From contig OZ242008.1 in assembly GCA_965204735.1 (NCBI GenBank), positions 3,136,001 to 3,200,000 of the forward strand: 64,000 nt of DNA, in the 5' to 3' direction. The position numbers and the translations under genes are program-made. The notes beneath the pieces were generated by a model that saw only the letters and a list, made by a program, of their open reading frames with translations, was not told the origin of the DNA and did no database searches. Position 1 is the first letter of the stretch. Each line of letters begins with the position of its first letter. Positions 1-9,684 of the stretch are shown here, in pieces. Source of the DNA: Longimicrobiales bacterium (lineage in GTDB: Bacteria > Gemmatimonadota > Gemmatimonadetes > Longimicrobiales > Gaopeijiaceae).

Positions 1-470
1 CCCGACCAGTTGCCGAGCACTTCGCCCAAGTGACTGTTGACGGATTGGACTTGGTAGAGGAGGCCGGCGCCGACGAAGGGGCGAAACGCCTTGCCCTTGC
101 GGAAGTCGTAGAAGAGGCTCGCGATCACCGAAAGAGCCGCGATCTTTTCGCTCTCGCTGTAGCAGCAGCTCCGGGAAGCGAACGCCGACGAGTACGACGC
201 CTCGATCTGGCCCCGAAGGGTGCTGTAGATTCCGGGTTTTCCGAGGACGGCGGACAGGTTGTGTCCGACGTCGCCGGAGTGCGTGTCGGTGACGCCGCCG
301 GCGAAGCCGAAGTAGTAGGAGGGGACGACCGTCGGGGCGACGGGCTGCGCGTCGACGGACTGGGCGGAGGCGGGGGCGGCCGTCGTCGGCCCGAGGACGA
401 AGGCGAGCGCGAGGGCGAGGACGAGGCCGGCGGGTCGCGCGGCCGCGCTTTCCAGGCTGTTCCGGGTCAT
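1..470 (-). CDS. Outer-membrane beta-barrel (OmpA/opacity-like) protein, 3' end outside window
   Basis: Manual translation from ATG at 470: signal peptide (LVLALALAFVLG..APASA-Q), then YFGFAGG and SLFYDFRKGKAFRPFVGAG, typical of small beta-barrels. Not in the ORF track because it runs off the edge. Confidence 0.65.
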   Translation of the reverse strand, partial: MTRNSLESAAARPAGLVLALALAFVLGPTTAAPASAQSVDAQPVAPTVVPSYYFGFAGGVTDTHSGDVGHNLSAVLGKPGIYSTLRGQIEASYSSAFASRSCCYSESEKIAALSVIASLFYDFRKGKAFRPFVGAGLLYQVQSVNSHLGEVLGNWS

Positions 471-856
471 GGAACGAATCTCCGGTCTGCGAAAACGTAG
501 GGAGTATACACACTAATAATAATACGATGTCACGAGCTTGCCCCGGGGTTGCATGGGGCAGCAGCGAGCGAAACGCGATCCGAGGCGAAGGTGGCTTGCG
601 GCTGGTGCATCGCGGGCAGCGGGAGGGTTCCCGGCAACGCGGCATCCCCCCGTCGGCGCGGCATCCAATGGAACCCCGCGAGGCGTCCAAGGTTCCATCG
701 GAAGTTGCGGACGAGGTCCTCCCAGCGCTGCGAAGCCTTCCGCAGCACCCGCGGTTCGCCTCGACCGCCCCAGCCGCCTACCTTCTCCGACGTGCCACGG
801 CATGCACGAGGCCCGCCGTCCCGGAGCCTCGCGAGAGGCACGAAAGGACCCGTCAA

Positions 857-2809
857 ATGCACGCAACCGTTCAAGTCGCCCGCCCTACGGTCCAGCGGGC
901 CGCCCCTGGATTCCCGAGGGCCGACCCTGGATTCCCGAGGACCGTCGCGCTTCTGGTCCTGGCCTTGGCCTCGGCCGTCGCAACCCCGGCCCGGGCCCAG
1001 ACTGGGACGGTCGCCGGGCGCGTCCTCGACGCCGTCGGCGGCACGCCCCTTGCCGGAGCGCAGGTCGTGGTCGTGGGCGCCGGCATAAGCCAACTCGCTG
1101 GACAGAACGGCGAGTACCGGCTCTCCGGGGTTCCCGCCGGGCAGCACGTCCTGGAAGCGCGGGCGGCAGGGTTCGCCCACAATCGGCAGACCGTCGCCGT
1201 GCTCGCCGGACAGACCGTGAGGCTGGATTTCGCGCTCCAGCCCGCCGCCACGCTCGAGCAGATCCAGGTGCAGCCCCGAGCCGCCGACCAAGCCGTCGCC
1301 GGGATGCGGAGGCGCGCCTTCGCCAGCCAGCCTTTTAGGGACTTCAACACCGAGTCCTACGCGCACGTCCAGGAGAACGACTTCCGAACCGTCGCCGCGT
1401 CGCCCCTGTCCACCTTCTCCATCGACGTGGACCGAGCGTCCTACGCGAACGTGCGGCGCTTCATCCACTCCGGCGAGCGTCCGCCGATCGACGCCGTGCG
1501 GATCGAGGAGATGATCAACTACTTCCCCTACAAGTGGGGCGAGGTCGCGGGCGACCATCCGTTCTCGGTCGGCGCCGAGGTGTGGGAAGCGCCCTGGAAG
1601 CCCGAGCACCGGCTGGTTCGGATCGGGCTGCACGCGCGATCGGTGGAGACGGAGCACCTGCCGCCGGCCAACTTGGTCTTCCTCGTGGACGTGTCGGGAT
1701 CGATGGCCTACCCGGACAAGCTGCCGCTGCTCAAGAAGGCGTTCGCGCTCTTGGTGGAGCAGCTTCGGCCGACGGACCGGGTCGCAATCGTGGTGTACGC
1801 AGGGGCCGCCGGGTTGGCCCTGCCCTCCACGCCGGGCGACGAGCGGGCCGAGATCCTGGCCGCGCTGGAGCAGCTGGAGGCGGGCGGAAGCACGGCGGGC
1901 GGCGCCGGGATTCGGTTGGCTTACGAGACGGCGCGCGAGCACTTCGTCGACGGCGGCAACAACCGGGTCGTGCTGGCAACCGACGGCGACTTCAACGTGG
2001 GCGCCTCCAGCGACGCCGAGATGGTGCGCCTGATCGAGAAGGAGCGCGACGCCGGCGTCTTCCTGACCGTGCTGGGCTTCGGAACCGGCAACTTGAAGGA
2101 TTCGAAGATGGAGCAGATCGCCGACCACGGCAACGGCAACTTCCACTACGTCGACAACCTCCTGGAGGCGCGGAAAGTCTTGGTCGAGGAGATGGGCGGC
2201 ACCCTTCTCACGCTGGCCAAGGACGTGAAGCTGCAAGTCGAGTTCAATCCGAAGCGGGCCGCGGGATATCGGCTCGTCGGCTACGAGAACCGCCTGCTGG
2301 ACGCCGAGGACTTCGCCGACGACACAAAGGACGCCGGGGAGCTGGGCGCCGGACACACGGTGACCGCCTTGTACGAAGTGGTGCCTGCGGGTGCGCCCGT
2401 TCCCCGCGAGGGCGAAGTCGATTCGTTGCGCTACCAAGCGCGCCCGCTCGCGGAGCCCGACGGGGGCGACTTCGACGACGAGCTCATGTACGTGAAAGTG
2501 CGCTACAAGGATCCGAACGGAACCCGGAGCAAGTTGCTCGAACACGCCGTCGCCGACGAGCCGGGCTCGCCGTCCGCGGACTTTCGGTTTGCAACGGCGG
2601 TGGCGGGATTCGGGATGCTGCTCCGGGAGTCGCCCCACGCCGGGACATGGGAGCTCGACGACGCGATTGCTCTTGCGGAGCGCAGCCGGGGAGACGACCC
2701 CCGTGGCTACCGTGGCGAGTTCGTGCGACTCGTGGAGGCGGTGCGGGACCTGTCGCTGCTCGACCGGAAGGCGGAGGAGACCACGCGACGGCCGTGGCGG
2801 CGAGAGTAG
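857..2809 (+). CDS. vWA-domain protein (YfbK-like, DUF3520-type C-terminus) with N-terminal carboxypeptidase-regulatory-like domain
   Basis: STFSIDVDRASY, MIDAS DVSGS, LATDGDFNVG, GYRLVGYENR. ATG 857 follows GAAAGGA; signal peptide ends ARA-Q. Confidence 0.9.
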   Translation: MHATVQVARPTVQRAAPGFPRADPGFPRTVALLVLALASAVATPARAQTGTVAGRVLDAVGGTPLAGAQVVVVGAGISQLAGQNGEYRLSGVPAGQHVLEARAAGFAHNRQTVAVLAGQTVRLDFALQPAATLEQIQVQPRAADQAVAGMRRRAFASQPFRDFNTESYAHVQENDFRTVAASPLSTFSIDVDRASYANVRRFIHSGERPPIDAVRIEEMINYFPYKWGEVAGDHPFSVGAEVWEAPWKPEHRLVRIGLHARSVETEHLPPANLVFLVDVSGSMAYPDKLPLLKKAFALLVEQLRPTDRVAIVVYAGAAGLALPSTPGDERAEILAALEQLEAGGSTAGGAGIRLAYETAREHFVDGGNNRVVLATDGDFNVGASSDAEMVRLIEKERDAGVFLTVLGFGTGNLKDSKMEQIADHGNGNFHYVDNLLEARKVLVEEMGGTLLTLAKDVKLQVEFNPKRAAGYRLVGYENRLLDAEDFADDTKDAGELGAGHTVTALYEVVPAGAPVPREGEVDSLRYQARPLAEPDGGDFDDELMYVKVRYKDPNGTRSKLLEHAVADEPGSPSADFRFATAVAGFGMLLRESPHAGTWELDDAIALAERSRGDDPRGYRGEFVRLVEAVRDLSLLDRKAEETTRRPWRRE

Positions 2810-3002
2810 CAGGTCGGCGTCTGTGGACGACCAGACTGCCCTCCGCCACGTCGATCTCTTCCGGTCCCGGCCTGCGCGCTCCCCCGCCCCGCGCCGGATT
2901 TGCGCTCCCCGGTTCGAAGGTCAATCTTGTTGGGCCCCGGCGCGGGACGCGCACCCGCCCGTGCACGCCCCCTCTGCAGACTCCGCAGGAAGGAGCGCGA
3001 CG

Positions 3003-5057
3003 ATGGAACGCACCGGCATCGCTGCAAGAACCGTGATCGCCCCAGCTGCATTCGCCCTGGCGCTGGCCGGGATTGCGGTCGGTCCCGAGGCCGCGCCCGC
3101 CCAGGAAGACGTCCGGGTCGAAGTCGAGCCTGCTGCGCTGGCCCTGGAAGTCGGCGACAAGGCGCAGGTGGTCGCCCGCGTAGTGGACGCCGGCGGAGAG
3201 TTGGTGGACGTGCCCGTGCTCTTCGTCGCGAGTCCCCGGGGCGGGCTCGCCGTGGACCGCTCCACCGGCGAGGTGGAAGCGCTCAAGGGCGGGCAGTACC
3301 GAATCTTCGCCAGGGCCAGGACGCAGGGCGGGGGCAGGCCGTCGACCAGCGTGGCCGTCACCGTGGCGTTCCCTCCGCTGGACCGGATCGAGGTCTCGGA
3401 AGCCAGTGGACGCTTCTACGTGGGCGCAACCGTCCGCCACAAGGCCCGCGTGATCGACGAAGCCGAGGACGTGCGGGACGTGGAGGTGACTTGGAGCACC
3501 TCCGACGCCGCCGTCGCAACGGTGGACCGCTTCGGCTACTTCACCGCCCACCGAACCGGCGACGCGACCCTGACCGCTCAAGCCGAAGCGGTCTCGGCCG
3601 AGGTCCGGTACCAAATCGTCGAGAACCCTGTCGCCAAGGTCGAGATCGCCCATTGGAAGGGGCAGCGGCCGGCAGGCCGCGTCGCTGCCAGACCCGGCGA
3701 GGTGCACCGCACCGGCGACGTGCTCCACTTCGTCGGCACGCCCCGAGACGCCGAGGGCGCCGAAGTGGACGACATGCCCGTCGCCTATGCATTGGAGGCG
3801 AACCCGGACGCCGTGGCCACGGGGGACTTCCCGCCCGCCGAAGTGGACGGCCAGGGCCGCTTCGTCGCGTACAAGCCCGGCGTTTACACGGTGACCGCCA
3901 GCGTGCCCGGCCACTCCGCCCGCGAGACGGTGGAGGTGCTGGCGCGTCACGTCGCCGAGGAGGTGGAGCTGGTGGGTCAGGGCGCTGTGCGCAACGTATC
4001 CACGTCCGACCTGTGGGTGTGGGAAGGCGTGGACGGCCGCGACTACGCCGTCACTGGAACCCACAGCGGCCACGGGAGCATCTACTGGTGGGACGTGACC
4101 GATCCCGCGAGCCCCGTGCTGACCGACTCGCTGGTCGTGGACGCCCGCACCACCAACGACGTGAAGGTGTCGGAGGACGGCAAGCTTTGCGTGGTCTCCC
4201 GCGAGGGCGCGTCGAACCGACGCAACGGGATCGTGATCGTGGATTGCTCGGACCCGCGCAATGTCGAGATCGTCTCGACCTACGACGACGGGCTGACCGG
4301 CGGCGTGCACAACCTCTTTGTGTACGAAAACCACGTGTACGCGGTGAACAACGGCGTGCGCTTCGACGTCATCAACATCGAGGACCCGACCAATCCGCAC
4401 AGGGTCGGCCGCTTCCAGCTCGATGCGCCCGGTCCCCGCATTCACGACATCTGGATCGTGGACGGCGTCGCGTACACGTCCAACTGGGGCGACGGCGTGG
4501 CAGTGATCGACGTGGGCGGCGGGGGCAAGGGCGGCAGCCCGTCCAACCCCGTCGAGATGGCACGCTTTCGGGACATCGGCGGACGCACGCACGCCGCATT
4601 CCCCTACGTCAGCCCGACGGGCCGCTTCTACATCTTCATGGGCGACGAGATCGGGCGCCCGGGCTTCGACGGCCAGGAGAGGGGCCGCACGCCCGAGTTC
4701 ATGGCGGGCTACATCCATGTGGTGGACTTTACCGACCCGGAAAACCCGGAAGAGGTCGCTCGCTACGAGATCCCAGAGGCCGGCTCGCACAACATGTGGA
4801 TCGAGAACGACCGCCTCTACGCCGCCTTCTACAACGGCGGCCTTCGGGTCGTGGACATCTCCGGCGAGCTGAAGGGCAACCTGTACCATCAGGGCCGAGA
4901 GATCGCCGTGTACAAGTCGTACGATCCCGACGGCGTCGTGGCCAATGCGCCGTTCACCTGGGGACCGCAGATGCACAAGGGCAACCTCTTCTTCGCCGAA
5001 TACTTCTCCGGCCTGTGGGCGGTGAAGCTTCAGCCCAGGAGGACGCTGGTTCCTTGA
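3003..5057 (+). CDS. Secreted Ig-like domain plus LVIVD-repeat protein
   Basis: RBS AGGAAGGAG; signal peptide; Big_2-like VTWSTSDAAVATVD; repeated IVIVDCSDP, VINIEDP, VVDFTDP, LRVVDIS. Confidence 0.8.
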   Translation: MERTGIAARTVIAPAAFALALAGIAVGPEAAPAQEDVRVEVEPAALALEVGDKAQVVARVVDAGGELVDVPVLFVASPRGGLAVDRSTGEVEALKGGQYRIFARARTQGGGRPSTSVAVTVAFPPLDRIEVSEASGRFYVGATVRHKARVIDEAEDVRDVEVTWSTSDAAVATVDRFGYFTAHRTGDATLTAQAEAVSAEVRYQIVENPVAKVEIAHWKGQRPAGRVAARPGEVHRTGDVLHFVGTPRDAEGAEVDDMPVAYALEANPDAVATGDFPPAEVDGQGRFVAYKPGVYTVTASVPGHSARETVEVLARHVAEEVELVGQGAVRNVSTSDLWVWEGVDGRDYAVTGTHSGHGSIYWWDVTDPASPVLTDSLVVDARTTNDVKVSEDGKLCVVSREGASNRRNGIVIVDCSDPRNVEIVSTYDDGLTGGVHNLFVYENHVYAVNNGVRFDVINIEDPTNPHRVGRFQLDAPGPRIHDIWIVDGVAYTSNWGDGVAVIDVGGGGKGGSPSNPVEMARFRDIGGRTHAAFPYVSPTGRFYIFMGDEIGRPGFDGQERGRTPEFMAGYIHVVDFTDPENPEEVARYEIPEAGSHNMWIENDRLYAAFYNGGLRVVDISGELKGNLYHQGREIAVYKSYDPDGVVANAPFTWGPQMHKGNLFFAEYFSGLWAVKLQPRRTLVP

Positions 5058-5065
5058 GGCAAGGC

Positions 5066-6229
5066 ATGTCGTCTTTCTTCGGGCGAGGAGCGTCGTCTTT
5101 CCTTGGACGGCATCTGTCGGCGGCGGGCGCGTCGGCGTTTGCCGCAACCGCCGCGCTTGCGGCCACCACTCTTGGAGCCGCCCCACGCTCCGCAACTGCC
5201 CAGTCCTACTGGGTCTACGTCGCAGCCGAATCGGAGGACCAGGTCTCGCTCCTTCGCTACGACGCAGGGGGCGCCCTCGTGGTGGAGAAGACGATTCCGA
5301 CCGGATGGCTGCCGGCCGAGATCGAGGCGCCCCACGGCGTCTTCGTGGACCCTGCCGGCGACTACTGGTATCTGACGCTGGGACACGGATTCCCCAACGG
5401 CCAGCTGGTGAAGTACGAGACCGGCACCGACAGAGTGGTCGGCGTGGCGGAGCTGGGGCTGTTCCCTGCGACCGTTGCGGTGCCCCCCGACGGCGCCGTC
5501 GCGTTGGCGGTCAACGCCAACTTCCACGGCGACCACGTCCCCTCCACCGTGTCGATTGTGGACCTGGAAACGATGGAGCCGATCGCGGACGTGACCACAT
5601 GCACGATGCCCCATGGTTCCCGCTTCAGCTCCGACGGCTCCAAGCACTACTCCGCGTGCATGATGGACAACCAGCTCGTGGAGATCGACGGCGCGAGCCT
5701 CAGGGTCGTTCGGCGGCTCGACCTGGTGCGCAACGAGCTCGCCCCCGAGCCATCGGACGGGCACATGGCCATGGCGCCGCCCGACGGACACTGCTCTCCT
5801 ACCTGGGCCACGCCCCACCCCGACGGCCGTCGCGTCTTCGTGCCCTGCAACCGCGACGACGCAATACTGGAAGTGGACGTGGAGCGCTGGCGGGTCGTCC
5901 GCAGAATCGAAGCGCCGGGCGCGCCCTACAACCTGGACGTGACGCCCGACGGCGAGAAGCTTCTGGCAACGCTGAAGGGCAGCGCCCAGTTCGCCGTCTG
6001 GGAGCTGGCGACGGGCAAGCGCCTGCACCTGCTGGACTCGAAGATGCGCGTGACTCACGGCGTGGTCGCAACCCCCGACGGCCGCTACGCCATCGTGACC
6101 GTGGAAGGAATCGGCGGCGATCCGGGCACGGTCGAAGTGATCGACCTGGAGGCCGGCCGGCGCGTGGCGTCGGCGTCGATCGGCAAGCAGGCCGGCGGCA
6201 TCGCGCTGTGGAAGATGGAGGGTCCGTGA
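5066..6229 (+). CDS. YncE/YVTN-type beta-propeller protein
   Basis: C-terminal part of ORF 2900..6229; PHG, PDG and TVSIVDL/TVEVIDL repeats; Ala-rich signal peptide. Confidence 0.8.
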   Translation: MSSFFGRGASSFLGRHLSAAGASAFAATAALAATTLGAAPRSATAQSYWVYVAAESEDQVSLLRYDAGGALVVEKTIPTGWLPAEIEAPHGVFVDPAGDYWYLTLGHGFPNGQLVKYETGTDRVVGVAELGLFPATVAVPPDGAVALAVNANFHGDHVPSTVSIVDLETMEPIADVTTCTMPHGSRFSSDGSKHYSACMMDNQLVEIDGASLRVVRRLDLVRNELAPEPSDGHMAMAPPDGHCSPTWATPHPDGRRVFVPCNRDDAILEVDVERWRVVRRIEAPGAPYNLDVTPDGEKLLATLKGSAQFAVWELATGKRLHLLDSKMRVTHGVVATPDGRYAIVTVEGIGGDPGTVEVIDLEAGRRVASASIGKQAGGIALWKMEGP

Positions 6230-7200
6230 GACGCTTCGCAGCCTTGCCCACGCTTCTGGCCGTCGCGTCGGCGTGCCAGCCCGCGTATCCGCCGGAAGCC
6301 GCCAGCGACCAGGCGAACGAGCCCGGCTGGACGTGGAGCGACGAGCGCGTCTGGGAGACCGTGCACGCGGTCCGTGCCGGCAGGGACCTCCAGCCTGCGC
6401 AATGGCCGAATGGGGCGCGGGTGGCGGTGCTGCTCTCCTTCGACGTGGACAACGAGACCGTGACGGGACTTCGCTACGGGGACGCGACCGTGGGGTCCCT
6501 GTCCCAGGGCCAGTACGGCGCGCGGCGCGCGTTGCCTCGCGTGGTGGACCTGCTCGACCGGGAGGGTGTTCCAGCGTCGTTCTTCATTCCGGCGGTGAGC
6601 TTGGTCATCGACCCGTCCCAGATTGGGGTCATACAGGCTGCCGGACACCATGAGTTCGCGGTCCACGGGTGGATTCACGAACTCAACTCCAGCTTGGACG
6701 CCGACACCGAGCGCGCCCTGCTGCAGCGCGCCGTGGACTACATGACCGAGGCCACTGGCACGCGGCCGCTGGGCTACCGGGCTCCGTCGTGGAACTTCAG
6801 CCCGAACACCTTGTCGATCATCCGCGAGATGGGGTTCCTCTACGACTCCTCGCTGATGGCCGACGACCGGCCTTACGAGATCAACGCCGCCGGCGAGCCC
6901 ACTGGGATGGTTGAGTTGCCGGTCGAGTGGATTCTGGACGACGCGCCCCTCTTCAACCCCCGCGGCAACCGCTACGCCAACCCCCGGGACGTCCTGCAAG
7001 TGTGGATCGACGAGTTCGACGGGGCGCTCGCCGACGGCACCATGTTCCTGCTCACGATGCATCCCCACGTAATCGGCCACCGGTCCCGAATCGTGGTGCT
7101 GGAGGAGCTGGTTCGGTACATCAAGAGCCACGGCGCCGACGTATGGTTCGCCACGCACTTGGAAGCTGCGCAGTACGTGAAGGAAGAGGCGGGGCTGTAG
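6226..7200 (+). CDS. Polysaccharide deacetylase family protein (PuuE/PgdA-like), probable lipoprotein
   Basis: LSFDVD, HGWIHE, GYRAP, FLYDSS, LTMHP motifs; GTG overlaps upstream TGA; lipobox-like ASAC. Confidence 0.85.
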   Translation: MRRFAALPTLLAVASACQPAYPPEAASDQANEPGWTWSDERVWETVHAVRAGRDLQPAQWPNGARVAVLLSFDVDNETVTGLRYGDATVGSLSQGQYGARRALPRVVDLLDREGVPASFFIPAVSLVIDPSQIGVIQAAGHHEFAVHGWIHELNSSLDADTERALLQRAVDYMTEATGTRPLGYRAPSWNFSPNTLSIIREMGFLYDSSLMADDRPYEINAAGEPTGMVELPVEWILDDAPLFNPRGNRYANPRDVLQVWIDEFDGALADGTMFLLTMHPHVIGHRSRIVVLEELVRYIKSHGADVWFATHLEAAQYVKEEAGL

Positions 7201-7225
7201 CAGGCCCCTCGAGACCAGCCAGTCC

Positions 7226-9673
7226 ATGTCCGCCGTCGCGTGCTTGAGCCGATCGCAGCGTCAAAGGAAAGAACGGCTCCAAAGTCGGGAAAGCGCGCCG
7301 AGGGTCGAGTCGCCGTACGGTCGTGCGGGCCTGCCTGCCGTCGCGGCCCCGCTCACGGCGGTTCTGGTCTGCGTTCTTGCCTGTCCGGCCGCGGCCGCGC
7401 TTTCGTCGGGCCAGCAGGTGCGGACGGCGTTCTCCTCTTCCCCCTGTCACGGCGCTCCGTCTCTCCCAGGCGCCACCCTCTTCGCCAGCCGCGACCTTTA
7501 CTGCGTGTTCCTGACAGCACGACCGGGCTTGGAGCCGGCCGGCGGACGACTGGAGCTGCGCACGCCGCCCAGCCCGTTCGGCGTCGCCGTCAACGTTGCC
7601 GGCAATCACCTGTACGAGGGCGTGCTCACTTTGGAGGGACTCCCCGAACCGGAGACCCTCGGAGAGTACGAGCACTTCGTCGCCTGGCTGGCCACGCCGC
7701 TCTTCGACGTTGTGCACAACCTGGGGCCGGTGTCGAACGGCGCTCGAAGCATCGGCGAGATCAGTTTGAACAAGTTCATGATCCTCGTCACGGCTGAAGC
7801 GCGGACGGATGCGTCGGAGTGGGAAGGCAGACTCGTGCTGCGTGCGTCGTCGCCCAGCGCGCGGATGTCGCCGCCGGACATGCAGGAGTTCCTCATCGGC
7901 GCCACGGGGACGCAAGGCAACGGCGCCGGAGCGGCAGAAGGCGGCCCACACGCCGAGGAGCGCGCGGCCTCCACGGACATGGCAATGGCGGGTCACGGCC
8001 ACCGGGGCGACGGACCAGTCGGCCCCGACGGGTGGCCTCGTCCGCCAATGATGCCCGGTCTCACCATGTTCCCGGCCCTCATGGCCCTTGACGCGCCCAA
8101 TTCCGCCCCGTTCCTGCCGGCGACGGCAGGTCAGCCAAGTCGGAACAGCCAAGACGTGCGGGAGGGCGCCGCCGCGGCCCCTTTCGACCCGGCCACCCTT
8201 CCCCTCGCCCGTCCACGCGAGGTCGTTCCGCTCGAAGACGGCGACGCAACAGCCCTGGAGGCCGGCTTGGTTCGCCGTCGCATCCGGGGCCGCGATCACG
8301 TCATGTACGCATTCAACGGTCAGTACCCGGGACCGCTCCTTCACGTGCCGGAGGCCGCGACCGTCACCGTGGACTTCACGAACTCCGTGCCGTGGCCCAC
8401 CACGATCCACTGGCACGGCCTCCGCCTCGACAACGCCTCCGACGGCGTGCCCGGCGTCACCCAGGAGCCGGTCCAGCCAGGCGAGACGTTCCGCTACGAG
8501 GTCTTCTTCAAGGACCCGGGCGTCTATTGGTATCATCCGCATCATCGCGAGGACGTGCTGAAGGACCTGGGCCTCTACGGGAACATGCTAGTGGAGCCGA
8601 GCCATCCCAACTACTATGCGCCGGCGGACCGAGAAGAGGTCGTCATGCTCGACGACTTTCTGATGGCGGGCGACCAGATCATGCCATTTGGCGAAGAGCG
8701 CTCGACCCACGCGTTCATGGGGCGCTTCGGCAACCTCATGCTCGTCAACGGCGAGCCGGAGTACGAGATGTCGGCGACCGCCGGTGAAGTCGTGCGCCTC
8801 TACCTGACCAACGTGTCCAACACGCGCACGTTCAACTTGTCGTTCGCAAGTCCCGGCGTCCGCATGAAGGTGATCGGCGCCGACGTGAGCGCGTTCGAGC
8901 GGGAAGAGTGGGTGGAGAGCATCGTGCTGAGCCCCGCCGAACGGTATGTTGTGCATGTGCGCTTCGAGCGTCCCGGCGACTTCGTCATGGTCAATCGAGT
9001 GCAGGGGATCGACCACCTGGGCGGGGCATTCTTCTCCGAGACGGACACGCTGGGCGTCGTGCATGTCGCGGCGCCCGAGCCGGGCGTCGAGCCGTCCCAT
9101 GCAGCCATTGCCTTCGACAGCTTGCGGACGAACGTTCCTGCGGCTCGCGAGATCGCCCTCTTCCGCGAGTACTTCGACGACCCGGTGGACCACGAGCTCA
9201 CCTTCACGCTGGAGACGAGCAACGTCCCGTTCGTCGTGGACCGCCTGATGCGCTTCGACTCCGCCTACTTCCACCCCGTCGAGTGGAGCGGCACAATGCC
9301 GATGATGAACTGGAACTCGACGTCGGACCAAGTGCGCTGGATCGTGCGCGAGCCGTCCACGGGCCGGGAGAACATGGAGATCGGCTGGGAGTTTAGGGTG
9401 GGCGACGTGGTCAAGGTGCGGCTGCACAACGAGCGTCGCTCGTTTCACGCCATGCAGCACCCCTTCCACATCCACGGCCAACGCTTCCTGGTGCTGTCGC
9501 GCAACGGGGTCCCGAATGAAAACCTGGCCTGGAAGGACACTGTCCTCCTCCCCACGGGAACCACCACCGACATCCTCCTCGAGATCACCAACCCCGGCCG
9601 CTGGATGGCGCACTGCCACATCTCGGAGCACCTGGAATCGGGAATGCGCACGCTCTTCACGGTGCACCGCTAG
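7226..9673 (+). CDS. Multicopper oxidase with long N-terminal extension
   Basis: All four copper motifs present: HWH, WYHPH, HPFHIH, HCHISEHLESGM. Start uncertain. Confidence 0.9.
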   Translation: MSAVACLSRSQRQRKERLQSRESAPRVESPYGRAGLPAVAAPLTAVLVCVLACPAAAALSSGQQVRTAFSSSPCHGAPSLPGATLFASRDLYCVFLTARPGLEPAGGRLELRTPPSPFGVAVNVAGNHLYEGVLTLEGLPEPETLGEYEHFVAWLATPLFDVVHNLGPVSNGARSIGEISLNKFMILVTAEARTDASEWEGRLVLRASSPSARMSPPDMQEFLIGATGTQGNGAGAAEGGPHAEERAASTDMAMAGHGHRGDGPVGPDGWPRPPMMPGLTMFPALMALDAPNSAPFLPATAGQPSRNSQDVREGAAAAPFDPATLPLARPREVVPLEDGDATALEAGLVRRRIRGRDHVMYAFNGQYPGPLLHVPEAATVTVDFTNSVPWPTTIHWHGLRLDNASDGVPGVTQEPVQPGETFRYEVFFKDPGVYWYHPHHREDVLKDLGLYGNMLVEPSHPNYYAPADREEVVMLDDFLMAGDQIMPFGEERSTHAFMGRFGNLMLVNGEPEYEMSATAGEVVRLYLTNVSNTRTFNLSFASPGVRMKVIGADVSAFEREEWVESIVLSPAERYVVHVRFERPGDFVMVNRVQGIDHLGGAFFSETDTLGVVHVAAPEPGVEPSHAAIAFDSLRTNVPAAREIALFREYFDDPVDHELTFTLETSNVPFVVDRLMRFDSAYFHPVEWSGTMPMMNWNSTSDQVRWIVREPSTGRENMEIGWEFRVGDVVKVRLHNERRSFHAMQHPFHIHGQRFLVLSRNGVPNENLAWKDTVLLPTGTTTDILLEITNPGRWMAHCHISEHLESGMRTLFTVHR

Positions 9674-9684
9674 CGCTAGCTTGC

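Noticed and set aside
30..500. Plus-strand 156-aa ORF
   Set aside because: Antisense shadow of the minus-strand beta-barrel gene, which has a signal peptide and family-like motifs.
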